A DNA stretch of 32,000 nt from Raphidiopsis brookii D9 (GCA_000175855.1 ACYB01000007.1:1-32000), one strand, 5' to 3'; shown: positions 9,697 through 22,029, counted from the first letter of the stretch. Numbers and translations: made by a program. Notes: generated from the sequence alone by a model not told the origin.

Positions 9697-10667
9697 GAGT
9701 GTGATTGGGCAATACTGTAAAGTTTTCGAAAAGAATGCAATTTTTTAAAGAATCTGTCAAAATCAAAACTCAAGGGGTCAACCTTACCATTAGCCACATC
9801 TACAGCTCGATGAGTGGTGATTCTTTCATCGGGAACTTGGCTTTGGGCAATCAACCAAGCTAGGGAATTGTATTGCTCGTGTGTATAACCACTATGTTCT
9901 CTAATATCTCTTTTTCCCCAACCATCAGGAGGTGTTTCTAAAGAAACATGATAGGCAAAATTATTAACGGAAGGAGCTAATTTAGGATTAGTTTGAACTG
10001 TCTCTATTATGCCATCTGTATTTTTAAAAACTGAATTACCAGCGCCAAATGCTCTTTTATCGGGTGGTACTAAATAAATTACAGTTCCATCCCGGGCAAT
10101 GATGGCATGATAACTAGCTTGAATATCTTCATCCACATTATGGTTTTGAAAGTAATTGATTGCACTGCTAGCAGAATATGTTGTTTCATGTAAAACAATA
10201 ATTGGTTGGTTACTAACCGCCATACCCTTAGTATCCCGACTAAATCTTTCCCCATAGTTACTGGGATGCACTTGTGCTGCTGCTAACCTAGGTTGATACT
10301 TACTAAAGTTATTAGTTGTGATGTATTTTTTCACAACCTTTTTTTGTTTAATTCTTTCGATAAGTGACTGAGAAAAATTTTGTATTTGTATTGATTTCGG
10401 TTGTATTGTTTTTGATTGTGCCTGTAATAATTGTTTTGGGTATGGATTCACAACTACTGGTTGAGATGTTTCAGAATCACTCAAGGAGTTCTGTCCATAC
10501 TGTTCCCTTAGTACACCGGTAAAAATTACTATAATAAGGGTAGTCAACATCAAAAAGATAATGCTCACTCTTGTTGTCCAATCCTTTGCTCCTCTGACTA
10601 TCAGTTCGTGGGAAATTAACCTTTGCACAAACGAACTAACAGGTGAACTAAAATATTTCCACTTCAT
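9693..10667 (-). CDS. N-acetylmuramoyl-L-alanine amidase / peptidoglycan-recognition domain protein with N-terminal TM anchor
   Basis: [81 protein letters not shown]; hydrophobic [20 protein letters not shown] near the N-terminus. Confidence 0.85.
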   Translation of the reverse strand: MKWKYFSSPVSSFVQRLISHELIVRGAKDWTTRVSIIFLMLTTLIIVIFTGVLREQYGQNSLSDSETSQPVVVNPYPKQLLQAQSKTIQPKSIQIQNFSQSLIERIKQKKVVKKYITTNNFSKYQPRLAAAQVHPSNYGERFSRDTKGMAVSNQPIIVLHETTYSASSAINYFQNHNVDEDIQASYHAIIARDGTVIYLVPPDKRAFGAGNSVFKNTDGIIETVQTNPKLAPSVNNFAYHVSLETPPDGWGKRDIREHSGYTHEQYNSLAWLIAQSQVPDERITTHRAVDVANGKVDPLSFDFDRFFKKLHSFRKLYSIAQSHS

Positions 10668-10711
10668 ATTACTAAAAGTTAACCTATAAATATTGAGCTG
10701 CGTTTCAAAAT

Positions 10712-13700
10712 ATGACCTATTCCTTTCTCGAACGTCTACATAGTCCCGAACATCCAGTTATAGTGTTTGATGGTGCAATGGGGACAAACCTACAAATTCA
10801 GAACCTAAAAGCCGAGGATTTTGGAGGTCCGGAATACGAGGGGTGTAATGAATACCTAATACACACCAAACCGGAAGCGGTGGCTAAAGTTCACCGGGAC
10901 TTTTTACTAGCTGGCGCGGATGTAATTGAAACTGATACTTTTGGTGGCACCTCCATAGTTTTAGCAGAGTATGACTTAGCAGATCAAGCTTATTATCTAA
11001 GTAAGAAAGCCGCTGAGTTGGCTAAACGTGTAGCTGGGGAGTTTTCCACTCCGGAAAAACCCAGATTTGTTGCTGGTTCCATAGGTCCAACCACCAAGCT
11101 GCCAACTTTAGGACATATAGACTTTGACACCATGAAATCAGCCTTTGCTGAACAGGTAACAGCTCTATTTGATGGCGGGGTAGACCTATTTATCGTAGAA
11201 ACTTGCCAAGATGTGTTGCAGATTAAAGCTGCATTAAATGGCATCGAGGAAGTTTTCAGCCAAAAAGGTGAAAGAAGACCGGTTATGGTTTCCGTCACCA
11301 TGGAAAGCATGGGCACAATGCTGGTTGGGACAGAAATTGCCGCCGTTTTAACCATTTTAGCACCATATTCCATTGATATTCTAGGTTTAAACTGTGCCAC
11401 TGGTCCAGACTTAATGAAACCACACATTAAGTATTTATCAGAACATTCACCTTTTGTTGTATCCTGTATTCCCAATGCGGGGTTACCGGAAAATATAGGT
11501 GGTCAAGCTCACTATAAACTGACTCCCTTAGAACTGCGCATGGCGTTGATGCATTTTGTTGAAGATCTGGGTGTCCAAGTGATTGGGGGTTGCTGTGGGA
11601 CACGACCGGATCACATTCAACAATTGGCGGAAATTGCTAAGGATTTAAAACCAAAGGTGAGACAGCCAAGTTTGGAACCTGCTGCTGCATCAATTTACTC
11701 CACACAAAATTACACACAGGATAATTCGTTTTTAATAGTTGGTGAGCGTCTCAATGCTAGTGGTTCCAAAAAATGCCGTGATTTGCTCAATACTGAGGAC
11801 TGGGATGGTTTAGTTTCCATAGCTCGCAGTCAAGTTAAGGAAGGGGCTCACATCTTAGATGTGAATGTTGATTATGTGGGGAGAGACGGGGTGCGTGATA
11901 TGCACGAGTTAGTTTCTCGGGTAGTGAATAATGTAACTCTCCCCCTCATGCTAGATTCCACCGAATGGGAAAAAATGGAAGCGGGTTTAAAAGTAGCTGG
12001 GGGTAAGTGTTTACTGAATTCCACCAACTACGAAGATGGAGAACCACGTTTTTTAAAGGTCTTGGAATTAGGGAAAAAGTATGGTGCGGGTGTGGTGATT
12101 GGTACTATTGATGAGGAGGGAATGGCCAGAACAGCACAGAAGAAGTTTGAAATTGCCCAGCGCGCTTATCGTCAAGCGGTTGAGTATGGCATAGCCCCAT
12201 CAGAAATATTTTTTGACACTTTAGCTTTACCGATTTCTACTGGTATAGAAGAGGATCGGAAAAATGGTAGTGCTACCATAGAGTCCATTCGTCGTATCAG
12301 GGAAGAATTGCCAGACTGTCATGTAATTTTGGGTGTATCTAATATATCCTTTGGTTTAAATCCAGCAGCGCGGATTGTATTAAACTCTATGTTTTTACAT
12401 GAGGCAATGGGAGCTGGGATGGATGCAGCTATTGTTAGTGCAAGCAAAATTTTGCCTTTAGCGAAAATTGACCCACAACATCAGGAGGTGTGTAAACAAC
12501 TAATATATGATCAGCGAAGATTCGAGGGGAATGTATGTGTATACGATCCCTTAGCTGAATTAACGAGATTATTTGCGGGAGTTAAGGCTAAACAGAATCG
12601 GGGAATTGATGAAAGTTTGCCCATTGAAGAGCGGTTGAAACTACATATTATTGATGGTGAGAGAATAGGTTTGGAGGCCCAATTAGCCAAGGCCTTGGAA
12701 CAGTATCCCCCCTTAGATATCATCAACACTTTCTTGTTGGATGGGATGAAGGTTGTAGGTGAATTATTTGGTGCTGGGCAAATGCAGCTACCCTTTGTTT
12801 TACAATCAGCAGAAACCATGAAAGCAGCGGTGGCTTATTTGGAACCATTTATGGAAAAGTCGGGAGCTGGTAGTAATGGGAAGGGGATTTTTGTGATTGC
12901 CACGGTTAAGGGCGATGTTCATGACATTGGTAAAAATCTGGTAGATATCATCTTATCCAATAATGGTTATAAGGTGATTAATTTGGGGATTAAGCAACCA
13001 GTAGAAAATATCATTCAGGCTTATGAAAAGCATCAACCTGATTGTATTGCCATGAGTGGTTTATTAGTTAAATCCACCGCATTTATGAAGGAGAATTTAG
13101 AGGTTTTTAATGAAAAAGGGATTACGGTTCCTGTAATTTTGGGAGGTGCGGCATTAACTCCTAAGTTTGTCAATCAGGATTGTCAAAACACCTATCATGG
13201 CAAGGTGATTTATGGTAAAGACGCTTTTGATGACTTGAATTTTATGGATAAATTAATGCCAGCAAAAGCAGCGGGTAAATGGGATGATTTACAAGGATTT
13301 TTGGATGAGGTTAAGGGAGATCTCCCAGAGATTAACACCCAAATTAAAGAGCAGATTAAGGAGGAGGTAAAACAGCAACCCAGGGAAGTAGATACCCAAC
13401 GTTCTGAAGCCGTGAATGCCAACATTGAACGTCCCCAACCACCTTTTTGGGGAAGTAGATTTTTACAACCCCAGGATATTCCTCTAGAAGAAGTATTGTA
13501 CTATTTAGATTTACAGGCTTTGATAGTAGGACAATGGCAATTTCGCAAACCCAAAGAAAAGTCTCAAGCAGAACACCAGCAGTTTTTAATTGATACGGTC
13601 TACCCCCTTTTAGAAAACTGGAAGCAACGTGTAATCCAGGAGAAATTATTGCATCCCCAGGTGATTTATGGATATTTCCCCTGTCAAGCAGTAGGCAATA

Positions 13701-14245
13701 GTTTATGGATTTATGAAACTACCCAGATTAATGGCAAAGATCCTGTAATTAGCACAACTTTTAAATTTCCTCGCCAACGCTCCGGGAGAAGATATTGTAT
13801 TGCTGATTTCTTTGCTCCCAAAGAGTCAGGATTAATTGATGTATTCCCCATGCAAGCAGTAACTGTGGGAGAGGTAGCAACACAGTTTGCCCAGAAGTTA
13901 TTTGCTGAGGATAAATACACTGACTATCTCTATTTTCATGGGATAGCGGTGCAGGTAGCTGAGGCACTAGCAGAATGGACTCACGCTAAAATACGCCAAG
14001 AGCTGGGATTTGGCAATGTTGAACCGAACAATATTCGGGACATTTTAGCTCAACGTTACCAGGGTTCTCGATATAGTTTTGGCTACCCAGCTTGTCCTAA
14101 CATTTCCGATCAGTACAAGCAGCTACAATTATTAGATGCTAAGAGGATGGGTATGTATATGGATGAAAGTGAACAATTGTATCCTGAACAGTCCACAACT
14201 GCAATTATTGCTTATCATCCGACAGCTAAGTATTTTACGGCTTAA
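10712..14245 (+). CDS. metH: Cobalamin-dependent methionine synthase
   Basis: Homocysteine-binding ([22 protein letters not shown]), pterin-binding ([13 protein letters not shown]), B12-binding ([16 protein letters not shown]) and activation-domain ([15 protein letters not shown]-like) motifs; 1177 aa uninterrupted. Confidence 0.98.
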   Translation: MTYSFLERLHSPEHPVIVFDGAMGTNLQIQNLKAEDFGGPEYEGCNEYLIHTKPEAVAKVHRDFLLAGADVIETDTFGGTSIVLAEYDLADQAYYLSKKAAELAKRVAGEFSTPEKPRFVAGSIGPTTKLPTLGHIDFDTMKSAFAEQVTALFDGGVDLFIVETCQDVLQIKAALNGIEEVFSQKGERRPVMVSVTMESMGTMLVGTEIAAVLTILAPYSIDILGLNCATGPDLMKPHIKYLSEHSPFVVSCIPNAGLPENIGGQAHYKLTPLELRMALMHFVEDLGVQVIGGCCGTRPDHIQQLAEIAKDLKPKVRQPSLEPAAASIYSTQNYTQDNSFLIVGERLNASGSKKCRDLLNTEDWDGLVSIARSQVKEGAHILDVNVDYVGRDGVRDMHELVSRVVNNVTLPLMLDSTEWEKMEAGLKVAGGKCLLNSTNYEDGEPRFLKVLELGKKYGAGVVIGTIDEEGMARTAQKKFEIAQRAYRQAVEYGIAPSEIFFDTLALPISTGIEEDRKNGSATIESIRRIREELPDCHVILGVSNISFGLNPAARIVLNSMFLHEAMGAGMDAAIVSASKILPLAKIDPQHQEVCKQLIYDQRRFEGNVCVYDPLAELTRLFAGVKAKQNRGIDESLPIEERLKLHIIDGERIGLEAQLAKALEQYPPLDIINTFLLDGMKVVGELFGAGQMQLPFVLQSAETMKAAVAYLEPFMEKSGAGSNGKGIFVIATVKGDVHDIGKNLVDIILSNNGYKVINLGIKQPVENIIQAYEKHQPDCIAMSGLLVKSTAFMKENLEVFNEKGITVPVILGGAALTPKFVNQDCQNTYHGKVIYGKDAFDDLNFMDKLMPAKAAGKWDDLQGFLDEVKGDLPEINTQIKEQIKEEVKQQPREVDTQRSEAVNANIERPQPPFWGSRFLQPQDIPLEEVLYYLDLQALIVGQWQFRKPKEKSQAEHQQFLIDTVYPLLENWKQRVIQEKLLHPQVIYGYFPCQAVGNSLWIYETTQINGKDPVISTTFKFPRQRSGRRYCIADFFAPKESGLIDVFPMQAVTVGEVATQFAQKLFAEDKYTDYLYFHGIAVQVAEALAEWTHAKIRQELGFGNVEPNNIRDILAQRYQGSRYSFGYPACPNISDQYKQLQLLDAKRMGMYMDESEQLYPEQSTTAIIAYHPTAKYFTA

Positions 14246-14513
14246 TTAGGAAAAAGTGAGGAAAATCTTATATCTTTGTTATCCAAATCCTGTCCTTATG
14301 GGGTAATGGATGATAATAATGTGGGTGTTGGTCTAAATTCCTCACTTCTTTTGTTCTCTTTAAATGTTTCCAATTGTCCATTAAGGCAACTTTAAGATAA
14401 TTTTGAGCATTTATTAGAGAATTAAAAGCTGAAAATATAAATGTCGTGGAGTGGATAAGGTCACTGATTAGGGGCTCCCGTACCAACTTCATGTTAATTA
14501 CAGATAAATTGTC

Positions 14514-16088
14514 ATGAATATGCCTAATTTTCCCTGGTTGACGACGATTATTCTTTTTCCAATAGCTGCGTCACTACTCATTCCTATCATCCCCGATAAG
14601 GAGGGTAAAACAGTCCGTTGGTTTGCCTTGATTGTGGGTCTTATTGATTTTGCCCTGATTGTCGCTGCTTTCTACACTGGTTATGATTTCTCTAATCCGG
14701 ACCTTCAATTGGTAGAAAGTTATTCCTGGATCCCACAAATAGATTTGAAGTGGTCTGTGGGTGTGGATGGCTTATCCATGCCTCTAATTATTTTGACGGG
14801 TTTTATTACAACTTTGGCTGCTTTAGCTGCATGGCCTGTAACCTTTAAACCAAGGCTATTTTACTTCTTACTTTTAGCTATGTACGGTGGCCAAATTGCC
14901 GTGTTTGCAGTCCAGGACATGTTGTTGTTTTTCCTGGTGTGGGAGCTGGAATTGATTCCCGTCTACCTTTTACTGGCTATCTGGGGTGGTAAAAAACGCC
15001 ATTACGCAGCAACTAAGTTTATTTTGTATACTGCTGGTGGTTCCCTATTTATTCTCCTGGGATCTCTAACTATGGCATTCTATGGTGATAATATCACTTT
15101 TGATATGTCATCCCTAGCCTTAAAAGACTATGCTCTCAACTTACAACTGCTACTATATGCCGGCTTTTTAATTGCCTATGCGGTTAAATTGCCTATCATT
15201 CCCCTCCATACCTGGTTACCAGATGCTCACGGAGAAGCTACGGCACCAGTACACATGTTGTTGGCAGGTATTTTGCTCAAAATGGGTGGGTATGCTCTAA
15301 TTCGCATGAATGCCCAAATGCTACCTGATGCCCATGCCTACTTTGCTCCGGTATTAGTTATTTTAGGTGTGGTAAATATCATTTATGCAGCTTTAACCTC
15401 TTTTGCCCAGCGCAATCTCAAACGGAAAATCGCCTATTCTTCCATATCCCACATGGGTTTTGTCACTATAGGTATTGCCTCGTTTACTGATCTGGGTTTA
15501 AGTGGTGCAGTTTTACAAATGGTCTCCCATGGTTTAATCGGTGCGAGTTTGTTTTTCCTAGTAGGTGCTACCTATGACCGGACTCACACCCTGATGCTGG
15601 ACGAAATGGGCGGGGTTGGTAAGCGGATGAAGAAAATTTTCGCTATGTTTACCACCTGTTCTATGGCCTCTTTAGCTTTACCAGGAATGAGTGGCTTTGT
15701 AGCGGAACTAATGGTGTTTGTGGGCTTTGCTACTAGCGATGCTTATAACCCCACTTTTAAGGTGATTGTAGTATTATTGATGGCAATCGGTGTGATTTTA
15801 ACCCCCATTTATTTGTTGTCAATGCTGCGGGAAATATTCTATGGTCAAGAAAACGACGAGTTAGTTTCTCACCAAGCATTAATTGATGCTGAACCAAGGG
15901 AAGTATTCATTATTGCCTGTTTATTAGTCCCCATTATTGGTATTGGTTTTTACCCCAAGTTGCTCACCCAAATTTATGATGCAACTACAGTACAATTAAC
16001 TCAAAGATTGCGGGACTCAGTCCCCACCTTAACTGCGGAAAAAGAAATACAACATGTTTCCGTAAATACCCCCATGATTGCCCAATAG
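14514..16088 (+). CDS. ndhD: NAD(P)H-quinone oxidoreductase subunit 4 (NdhD)
   Basis: [91 protein letters not shown]. Confidence 0.95.
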   Translation: MNMPNFPWLTTIILFPIAASLLIPIIPDKEGKTVRWFALIVGLIDFALIVAAFYTGYDFSNPDLQLVESYSWIPQIDLKWSVGVDGLSMPLIILTGFITTLAALAAWPVTFKPRLFYFLLLAMYGGQIAVFAVQDMLLFFLVWELELIPVYLLLAIWGGKKRHYAATKFILYTAGGSLFILLGSLTMAFYGDNITFDMSSLALKDYALNLQLLLYAGFLIAYAVKLPIIPLHTWLPDAHGEATAPVHMLLAGILLKMGGYALIRMNAQMLPDAHAYFAPVLVILGVVNIIYAALTSFAQRNLKRKIAYSSISHMGFVTIGIASFTDLGLSGAVLQMVSHGLIGASLFFLVGATYDRTHTLMLDEMGGVGKRMKKIFAMFTTCSMASLALPGMSGFVAELMVFVGFATSDAYNPTFKVIVVLLMAIGVILTPIYLLSMLREIFYGQENDELVSHQALIDAEPREVFIIACLLVPIIGIGFYPKLLTQIYDATTVQLTQRLRDSVPTLTAEKEIQHVSVNTPMIAQ

Positions 16089-16128
16089 TTCAGTTCTTGA
16101 TTCATCCCCACCCTCAGGTGGGGACTAC

Positions 16129-16887
16129 CTAAAACCAACCTTCCTGTTCTAGGGTTTCAATGAGTTGTAACCCACGGGGATCTCCCACTCCTAATAGTGA
16201 AGCTTTGGCATCTTCTTTAACTCCTAAGTCCTGATCCTCAGCAAAAGCTTGAATTAAGGCGTCTATGGCTGTAGCGTAAATAATATTGGAAGGTAACTCT
16301 TTACACAGTTGACCAATTGCCCAGGCGGAGTTACTGCGCACTCCTGGAGTAGGATCTTGAACTAAGGCTTCTATTAAAGGTGGTATAGCACGAACTATAG
16401 CTTCATAACCTATATTTGCCATTTGCGCTAAGGCACTAGCTGCCCATAAACGCACTGCGGAAATATCTGTTTTTAAAGCATCCGTGAGGGGGTTTAAACA
16501 ACGATGATCATGGCAATTGCCTAGTGCCCAAACTACACCCTTTCTCACATAGCCATTTAAATCAAGATTTAGCTGATTAATTAGGGGGTCAACCGCTTCC
16601 ATAGCAGTATTACGACCTAGGGCGTATGCCGCACTAACTCGCACTAAAGGACAATAGTCAGATAATAATTTAACTAGATATGGTATGGATCGCTGATCGG
16701 AAATGTCACAAAAAGCACGAGCAGCCAACATTCTTTGTTTAGAATCGGATGCTTGCAAGAGTTCTAGCATGGCATCAGGATCGGGTTTCACTATTTCCGA
16801 TTCCGAGGTAATTGGTTCTATATTATCTAGTGGACTTTGGAGATCTACTTCATCATCGAGCACATTAGCATTCTCTTTATCATACAT
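16129..16887 (-). CDS. HEAT repeat domain protein
   Basis: Repeated units such as SIPYLVKLLSDYCPLVRVSAAYALG, AVDPLINQLNLDLNGYVRKGVVWALG and AIPPLIEALVQDPTPGVRSNSAWAIG. Confidence 0.9.
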   Translation of the reverse strand: MYDKENANVLDDEVDLQSPLDNIEPITSESEIVKPDPDAMLELLQASDSKQRMLAARAFCDISDQRSIPYLVKLLSDYCPLVRVSAAYALGRNTAMEAVDPLINQLNLDLNGYVRKGVVWALGNCHDHRCLNPLTDALKTDISAVRLWAASALAQMANIGYEAIVRAIPPLIEALVQDPTPGVRSNSAWAIGQLCKELPSNIIYATAIDALIQAFAEDQDLGVKEDAKASLLGVGDPRGLQLIETLEQEGWF

Positions 16888-16911
16888 AAAATCTTTTCAG
16901 TTAGTTAAAAA

Positions 16912-17382
16912 TCAGCCCTCAAGAGATTTTATCATCCAGAGGGATTGGGTTTGATAACCTAGCTGTTGATAAAGCTCTAGAGCAGGGGTATTAGTGGTGA
17001 ACACCTGGAGTCCAATTTGTGGGTCTCCCTTCTGTTTAGCCCAGTTTTCCACGTGCTGGATGAGGGTTTTAGCAATACCCTGTCTACGGTGGGTAGGTTC
17101 CACATAAAGTAAAAATATGTGGGTATGACGACTACCTGTTACCTGATCTATGGCATTACCAGCCCACAAACAAGCTATTGGAGACGGTTGCTGATTTTTA
17201 TATACCCACCATAAAGGCGTATCATTGGAAAGATAGTTCTCCACAGTACGGGACAGGTGGGAAAAATCTTGGTAGGGAAAAATTTCTTGGTAAGTACGCT
17301 GGATAAACTTGACCAAGATGGCCTTGTCTAGGATAGAACCTCGACGAAGAGAATAGTCCGGCAAAGGAAATTCCAAAGTCAA
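16912..17382 (-). CDS. GNAT family N-acetyltransferase (TTG start)
   Basis: HIFLLYVEPTHRRQGIAKTLIQHVENWAKQKGDPQIGLQVFTTNTPALELYQQLGYQTQSLWMIKSL. The start codon in the track is TTG at 17382. Confidence 0.88.
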   Translation of the reverse strand: MTLEFPLPDYSLRRGSILDKAILVKFIQRTYQEIFPYQDFSHLSRTVENYLSNDTPLWWVYKNQQPSPIACLWAGNAIDQVTGSRHTHIFLLYVEPTHRRQGIAKTLIQHVENWAKQKGDPQIGLQVFTTNTPALELYQQLGYQTQSLWMIKSLEG

Positions 17383-17555
17383 ACGTTAAAATTGTAACTT
17401 AAGGTGTAAACTGATAAATGATGAATGATTGTGCCAACTGGAGCGGGTGCAGCCATGTCGGCGGGTAGAAAGATCCTCGCACTGACAGCAGCCAAGGCAA
17501 CTAAAAATACTAAAACAACCAGCAGGGGAGCGATGTACTGACGAAAAATAGACAT
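17379..17555 (-). CDS. Small (58 aa) single-pass membrane protein, absent from supplied ORF track
   Basis: Hand translation from ATG at 17555: MSIFRQYIAPLLVVLVFLVALAAVSARIFLPADMAAPAPVGTIIHHLSVYTLSYNFNV*. Its stop overlaps the downstream TTG start by 4 nt. Confidence 0.55.
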   Translation of the reverse strand: MSIFRQYIAPLLVVLVFLVALAAVSARIFLPADMAAPAPVGTIIHHLSVYTLSYNFNV

Positions 17556-17578
17556 GATCTGTAATAATCTGGGTGGTT

Positions 17579-17977
17579 TTAATGTTCATCCCGATCTAAA
17601 TCATCAAGGACTTTTTCACAGTACCAATTTTCTGGCATTCCTGGATAGTTTTGTTGGGCCTGTTCAATTAATCTTTCTGCAGCAGCTACATCACCAGATA
17701 GTCTGGCAATGAGTCGGTTTTTCAGGTAACTTCCTGTTATTTCCTCATCTACTTGTTGGACAGAACCGAAATTTGCCGGTTGTAACTGTCGTCGCAGTTG
17801 CCAAAATATTACGTAGTAGAGAGCACCAAAAATTAACACCAGGCTGACTGTTCCTAGCAGGGTAAGCAGGCTAAATCCCAAATATCCTAAAACTAATTGG
17901 GAAACTACATAACCCAATAGTAACCCCGTAATTACTAATACAATTGTACCAAGAATAATTACTGCTTGTGGTTCCAT
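17579..17977 (-). CDS. Conserved-type membrane protein of unknown function, 132 aa
   Basis: Two hydrophobic segments (AVIILGTIVLVITGLLLGYVV; LLTLLGTVSLVLIFGALYYVIFW) followed by a charged helical tail. Overlaps the upstream gene by 19 nt. Confidence 0.7.
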   Translation of the reverse strand: MEPQAVIILGTIVLVITGLLLGYVVSQLVLGYLGFSLLTLLGTVSLVLIFGALYYVIFWQLRRQLQPANFGSVQQVDEEITGSYLKNRLIARLSGDVAAAERLIEQAQQNYPGMPENWYCEKVLDDLDRDEH

Positions 17978-19470
17978 AAATCCTCCTCTTCAAGTCCCGG
18001 TCTGTTTACTGTTAACGATTTATTATTCCAAGGGGCGGCTATAGGTAACAGTATTAATCCAGGTAAAGCTGCTAATATAGATAACAAAAAGAAATTAGGC
18101 CAACCAGTAGCTTTTGCCCAGTCCCCTGCAGGTGCTGAAAGTATGTCTCGACTTAGTGCCATAAGACTAGAAAATAGAGCAAATTGCGTAGTGGTAAAGT
18201 TATGACTACATAAGCTCATTAGATAAGCTACTGTAGCTACGGTGACTAGTCCAGCGCTGGTGTTTTCGATCATAATAGCGATCGCCAGGAGAGAGTAGTC
18301 TTTGCCAACAATAGCTAGTGTATAGTAACCCAGATTGCTGAGTAGTTGGAGGATTCCAAATACCCAAAGGGCGCGGTTGATACCAATTTTAGACATTATT
18401 ATTCCACCGAGGATGACTCCTGTAGTAGTGGCTATTAGTCCAATAATGTAAACTGTTGCTAGTTCCTGGTTATTAAAGTTAATTTCTTTGGCAAATAGGT
18501 TGGCTGTGATTCCCACGAGGGAGTCTCCCAGCTTATAGAGTATAATGAAGATAAGGATAATTAGTGCTTTAGTAATACCATATTTTTCTAAGAAGATTTG
18601 TAGTGGTAAGATTACTGCTTCTTGTAGGGTGTGTGGTGTTAGGTCTTGGGACTGTTCATTTAGTTTGGGTTTGGGCAAGATAATTGAGGCCAGAACCCAA
18701 GTTATTAGTAGTCCACCTAATATCCAATAAAAGACTTGCACGGGGATTGCCTGGGAAATTACACCCCCCACTAAAGCAGCAGTTATGGTGATAATCAGCA
18801 GGAGAAATATAATATCCTTAGTTTTTAAAAACCTATTCTGGGGGGAATTGTTTTTCTCTTGGGTTTCTGGTGGAGCCAAAAGAGTGGTAATGAGTCCCAC
18901 GGTCATAAATCCCGCCATGAGTAGGTATACCATATTCCATGACAGAAATCCTGCTAGCCATGCTGCTAAAGAAAAGGCAATAAATAGGGCTACCCGATAA
19001 CCTAAAACCCATACAGATGCTCCGGTTTCCAATTCTAGAGGCTTTAAAATTTCGGTTCTATAGGCATCCCCAGCAATATCTTGGGTGGCACTAAAAAAGG
19101 CAATAATAAATGATATAATAGCTAGGGTGATTAGCACCTGGGTGTTTTGGGTTGGTTGCTGTAATGCCATGGTTACTATTGCTAGCACTAGGCCCAATTG
19201 AGTAAGGAACAACCAACCTCTCCTCCCCCCTAAAAAGGATGGAGAAAATCTATCAATTAGGGGAGACCAAATAAATTTTAAGGAGTATGGTAGACTAACC
19301 AGGCTAAATAATGTGATTTTGGCAACCTCTACATCAGCATCTTTCATCCATAGTTGCAGGGTGCGAGTGGTGAGAAACAGTGGTAACCCGGAAGCAAAAC
19401 CGAGTAACAGCAAACTTCCCATCTTGCGACTGTAAAATGCCTGTTTTAGTGCTTGGATTTCTTGAATCAT
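17959..19470 (-). CDS. MFS transporter, AmpG-like permease
   Basis: Multiple TM segments; LLLGFASGLPLFLTTRTLQLWM, SLPYSLKFIWSPLIDRF, GGRRGWLFLTQ, FFSATQDIAGDAYRTEIL. Confidence 0.88.
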   Translation of the reverse strand: MIQEIQALKQAFYSRKMGSLLLLGFASGLPLFLTTRTLQLWMKDADVEVAKITLFSLVSLPYSLKFIWSPLIDRFSPSFLGGRRGWLFLTQLGLVLAIVTMALQQPTQNTQVLITLAIISFIIAFFSATQDIAGDAYRTEILKPLELETGASVWVLGYRVALFIAFSLAAWLAGFLSWNMVYLLMAGFMTVGLITTLLAPPETQEKNNSPQNRFLKTKDIIFLLLIITITAALVGGVISQAIPVQVFYWILGGLLITWVLASIILPKPKLNEQSQDLTPHTLQEAVILPLQIFLEKYGITKALIILIFIILYKLGDSLVGITANLFAKEINFNNQELATVYIIGLIATTTGVILGGIIMSKIGINRALWVFGILQLLSNLGYYTLAIVGKDYSLLAIAIMIENTSAGLVTVATVAYLMSLCSHNFTTTQFALFSSLMALSRDILSAPAGDWAKATGWPNFFLLSILAALPGLILLPIAAPWNNKSLTVNRPGLEEEDLWNHKQ

Positions 19471-19503
19471 GTCTGGTGTTATGGTTGATCAACTAGATTA
19501 TTA

Positions 19504-19899
19504 CTAGCTTTTCACATTCTTGCTAGTCAGATCTATGAAATCTTCAATACTCTTAATATTTGGATCCCCTGATAAATATCCTATACCTCTATGTAGGTGC
19601 AAGCGAAATTGGGTAATTAGGGTTTCTGAGTCTGTTCCTAAACCGTCGTTATTACACCGTTGTTTTAGTGCTAATAGGAAAATATCCGCCATTTCTCCCC
19701 CAAATACTTTCCAGGTCAGTTCTACATTACTATCTTGGGGTATGGGTATGGGTGATGGGGGACTGTTTTCAGCTAGAGAACGACAAAACGCCCACCGACA
19801 TAGTATATTCCATTGTTCTATACGGGTGACACGTTTTAATTTCAACAGTTGATCCTTGGCCGTCTGGGATAGTTTAATTCTTTCTATGGGTGATTCCAT
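19504..19899 (-). CDS. dndE: DNA sulfur modification (phosphorothioation) protein DndE
   Basis: SPIERIKLSQTAKDQLLKLKRVTRIEQWNILCRWAFCRSLAE...TWKVFGGEMADIFLLALKQR...HLHRGIGYLSG. Located just downstream of dndD. Confidence 0.92.
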   Translation of the reverse strand: MESPIERIKLSQTAKDQLLKLKRVTRIEQWNILCRWAFCRSLAENSPPSPIPIPQDSNVELTWKVFGGEMADIFLLALKQRCNNDGLGTDSETLITQFRLHLHRGIGYLSGDPNIKSIEDFIDLTSKNVKS

Positions 19900-19936
19900 T
19901 TTTATACCTAATATGATATTAACTCTCTTAGCCTAA

Positions 19937-21971
19937 TTACCAAAAATATCCTTCTTTGATACTTGTTTCTCTTTTTCCTGAATCATACTCTAAAACATAT
20001 TCTCGTGCGATCGCCTGATGTTCTCTGAGTATTGCTATTTCTTTCCTGGCTATTTCTGTATCTGTGGATAGTAAAATTACCTGATGGCTTGCTGTGGGGA
20101 AATATCTTTCCAATAGGTTATTTCTATGGGATGAGTCTAATCTTCCTAGGGGGGTGTCAATTGCCACGGGTAGTTGTTTTCCGGACACTTTTGCTAAACC
20201 CCATAAAAAGGCGATCGCCAAAAGTTGTTTTTCTCCTGCGGATAGTCTATGTTTAGGGACTAGTTTACCGTGGAGATCATACAATGAGAGTTGGAAACTT
20301 TTAGAATCAATTCCCACTCTATAGACCAAATCTGATTTATGTAGTAAATACAAAAAACAGTTTTTTACTTCCTCTTCTAATTTATTTAATTTCCTTAAAG
20401 TTAGTTTTTCTTTAAACAACTTTAAATTTTCTTGTACTCGATGGACTGAATCAATCAAATGTTGATTACTTCGATATTTAAGATTTTTGTTGGTATAACT
20501 ATTCAACTCTTTTTTAGTTTTATCAATGGTGGTAGTTAAATTGATGAACTGGCGATTGAGTATTTCCAGATTGGTATTTGCTCGACTCCATTCTTTTTCA
20601 GCCAGTTCTCGGATTTTTTGTAGTTTGATGTATGCTTCTGGTGGAGCAGCAGCTTGAATTTGCCTATCTAGACTGACAATTAATTCTAGACAATTGCGCA
20701 GTTCTAGCAGGAGGTTTTTGGCATTATTTTGGACTGTTGGCAAGCTATAGACCAGACGGTCTAAAGAAGTCAAAGTTTCCTCGTCTGCATGCAAGAAACA
20801 CTCTTGATAATTATTGGCTTTCACTGGTTCACTATCATATAATTTAGTAGATAAATCTACATATAAACTATCAATATCTTGAACCAGGAAATTTTCAATA
20901 CTGGTGATTGTTTCCAGTTCTAGATTCAATTGATTAAGGAAGGAAAGCAATCTTTTATCTCTGGTGGTTAAAATATCTCTAGCCACTTGATTTTGTAACT
21001 GTATTTGTTTAAGTCTTAACTCTTTTTGACCCTGGAGCTGAACTTGAGATAATAAATTACTAATTAACTGTAAAGGTAAAACACCGTCAGCCAATTGGCA
21101 CAAAGTTTTCCGGAGATTTTCCACCTTGCCAACCTGAGTTTCCCTCTCCCTATCCAGTTGACTGCGTTCCCCAGCAATTTTGCCACCTTCTGATATATAC
21201 TTATTTAGGGCTTCCTCATATTTAAACTTTAAATTTTTTACCTTGCTCCTCTAGGTCTTGCAGCTGAGCTTTCTGAGAATTTTTTTGCTCCATTTGTTCA
21301 TGTAAACGGTTTTCCAATTCTTCCAGCTTAGCCAAATCCCGATCATCAGCATTTTCCTTTTTTTTGCGATTGACTAATATTTCCAAATCTAAGGACAATT
21401 TATCTACCAATTCCAATCCCAAGAGTCCATTAATTGCATCCACCACTATGGGAGTAGGAACTTCCTGTTCTGCTAGTTCCTTGACCTGCTCACCATCAAA
21501 TAAAAATAAATTAGAAATACCCAAGGGCAATATATTTTCTATGTATTCGTCCCAGATATTGGCTAAAGACTGGGGCCAGGTTTCGTCCTCCCCCAAAATT
21601 CCTAGGGAATCCTTACCATCCTTGGGGTTTTTTTCCCAAGTTCTCACCACCCGATACCTCACGGGTTTATCATCCTCAATGTGTTCAAAAACCAACTCGA
21701 TTCTGGTTTTATTAATCGGGTCAGCTTTGTTATTCACACACTGGGTCAGAAAGTCACCATAACTTAAATTTCCCCTGGTGGAACATTGGGCCCTTGCTCC
21801 ATATAATGCCAAGCGAATAGCATCCATCAGGGTGGTTTTTCCTCCTCCATTCATCCCCCCCAAAAGAATAATTGGACGAATGTTATTCCGATCGATTCTG
21901 GTATCCAAATTAATGACTTGCTTACCAGCATAAGGACCAAAGTTTTGCAGTACAAGTTCTAAAAAAATCAT
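19937..21971 (-). pseudogene. dndD: DNA sulfur modification ATPase DndD, interrupted by a frameshift (two ORFs 21222..21971 and 19937..21124)
   Basis: N-terminal MIFLELVLQNFGPYAGKQVINLD and GGMNGGGKTTLMDAIRLALYG; C-terminal LSAGEKQLLAIAFLWGLAKVSGKQLPVAIDTPLGRLDSSHR. The reading frame changes at T6 (plus strand 21234-21239). Confidence 0.9.
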
Positions 21972-22029
21972 AATTCCAGCAGTTCAAAAATCAAGATAGC
22001 AAGGATCACTAATAATCTAAGAATATTCT

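Noticed and set aside
10600-10711. Cobalamin riboswitch upstream of metH
   Set aside because: The space before metH is only 44 bp from the divergent amidase start and shows no visible B12-box-like element.
10993-11475. 160-aa minus-strand ORF opposite metH
   Set aside because: Lies entirely antisense within the well-supported metH coding region with no recognisable motif; typical shadow ORF.
14268-14492. 74-aa minus-strand ORF between metH and ndhD
   Set aside because: No convincing domain or start context; more likely non-coding intergenic sequence. Weakly held.
19520-19852. 110-aa plus-strand ORF opposite dndE
   Set aside because: Antisense to the clearly recognisable dndE; no family signature.
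21222-21240. Programmed -1 ribosomal frameshift as the explanation for split dndD
   Set aside because: The downstream frame is +1 relative to the first ORF, so a standard -1 slip would not join them. An indel or transcriptional slippage is required.
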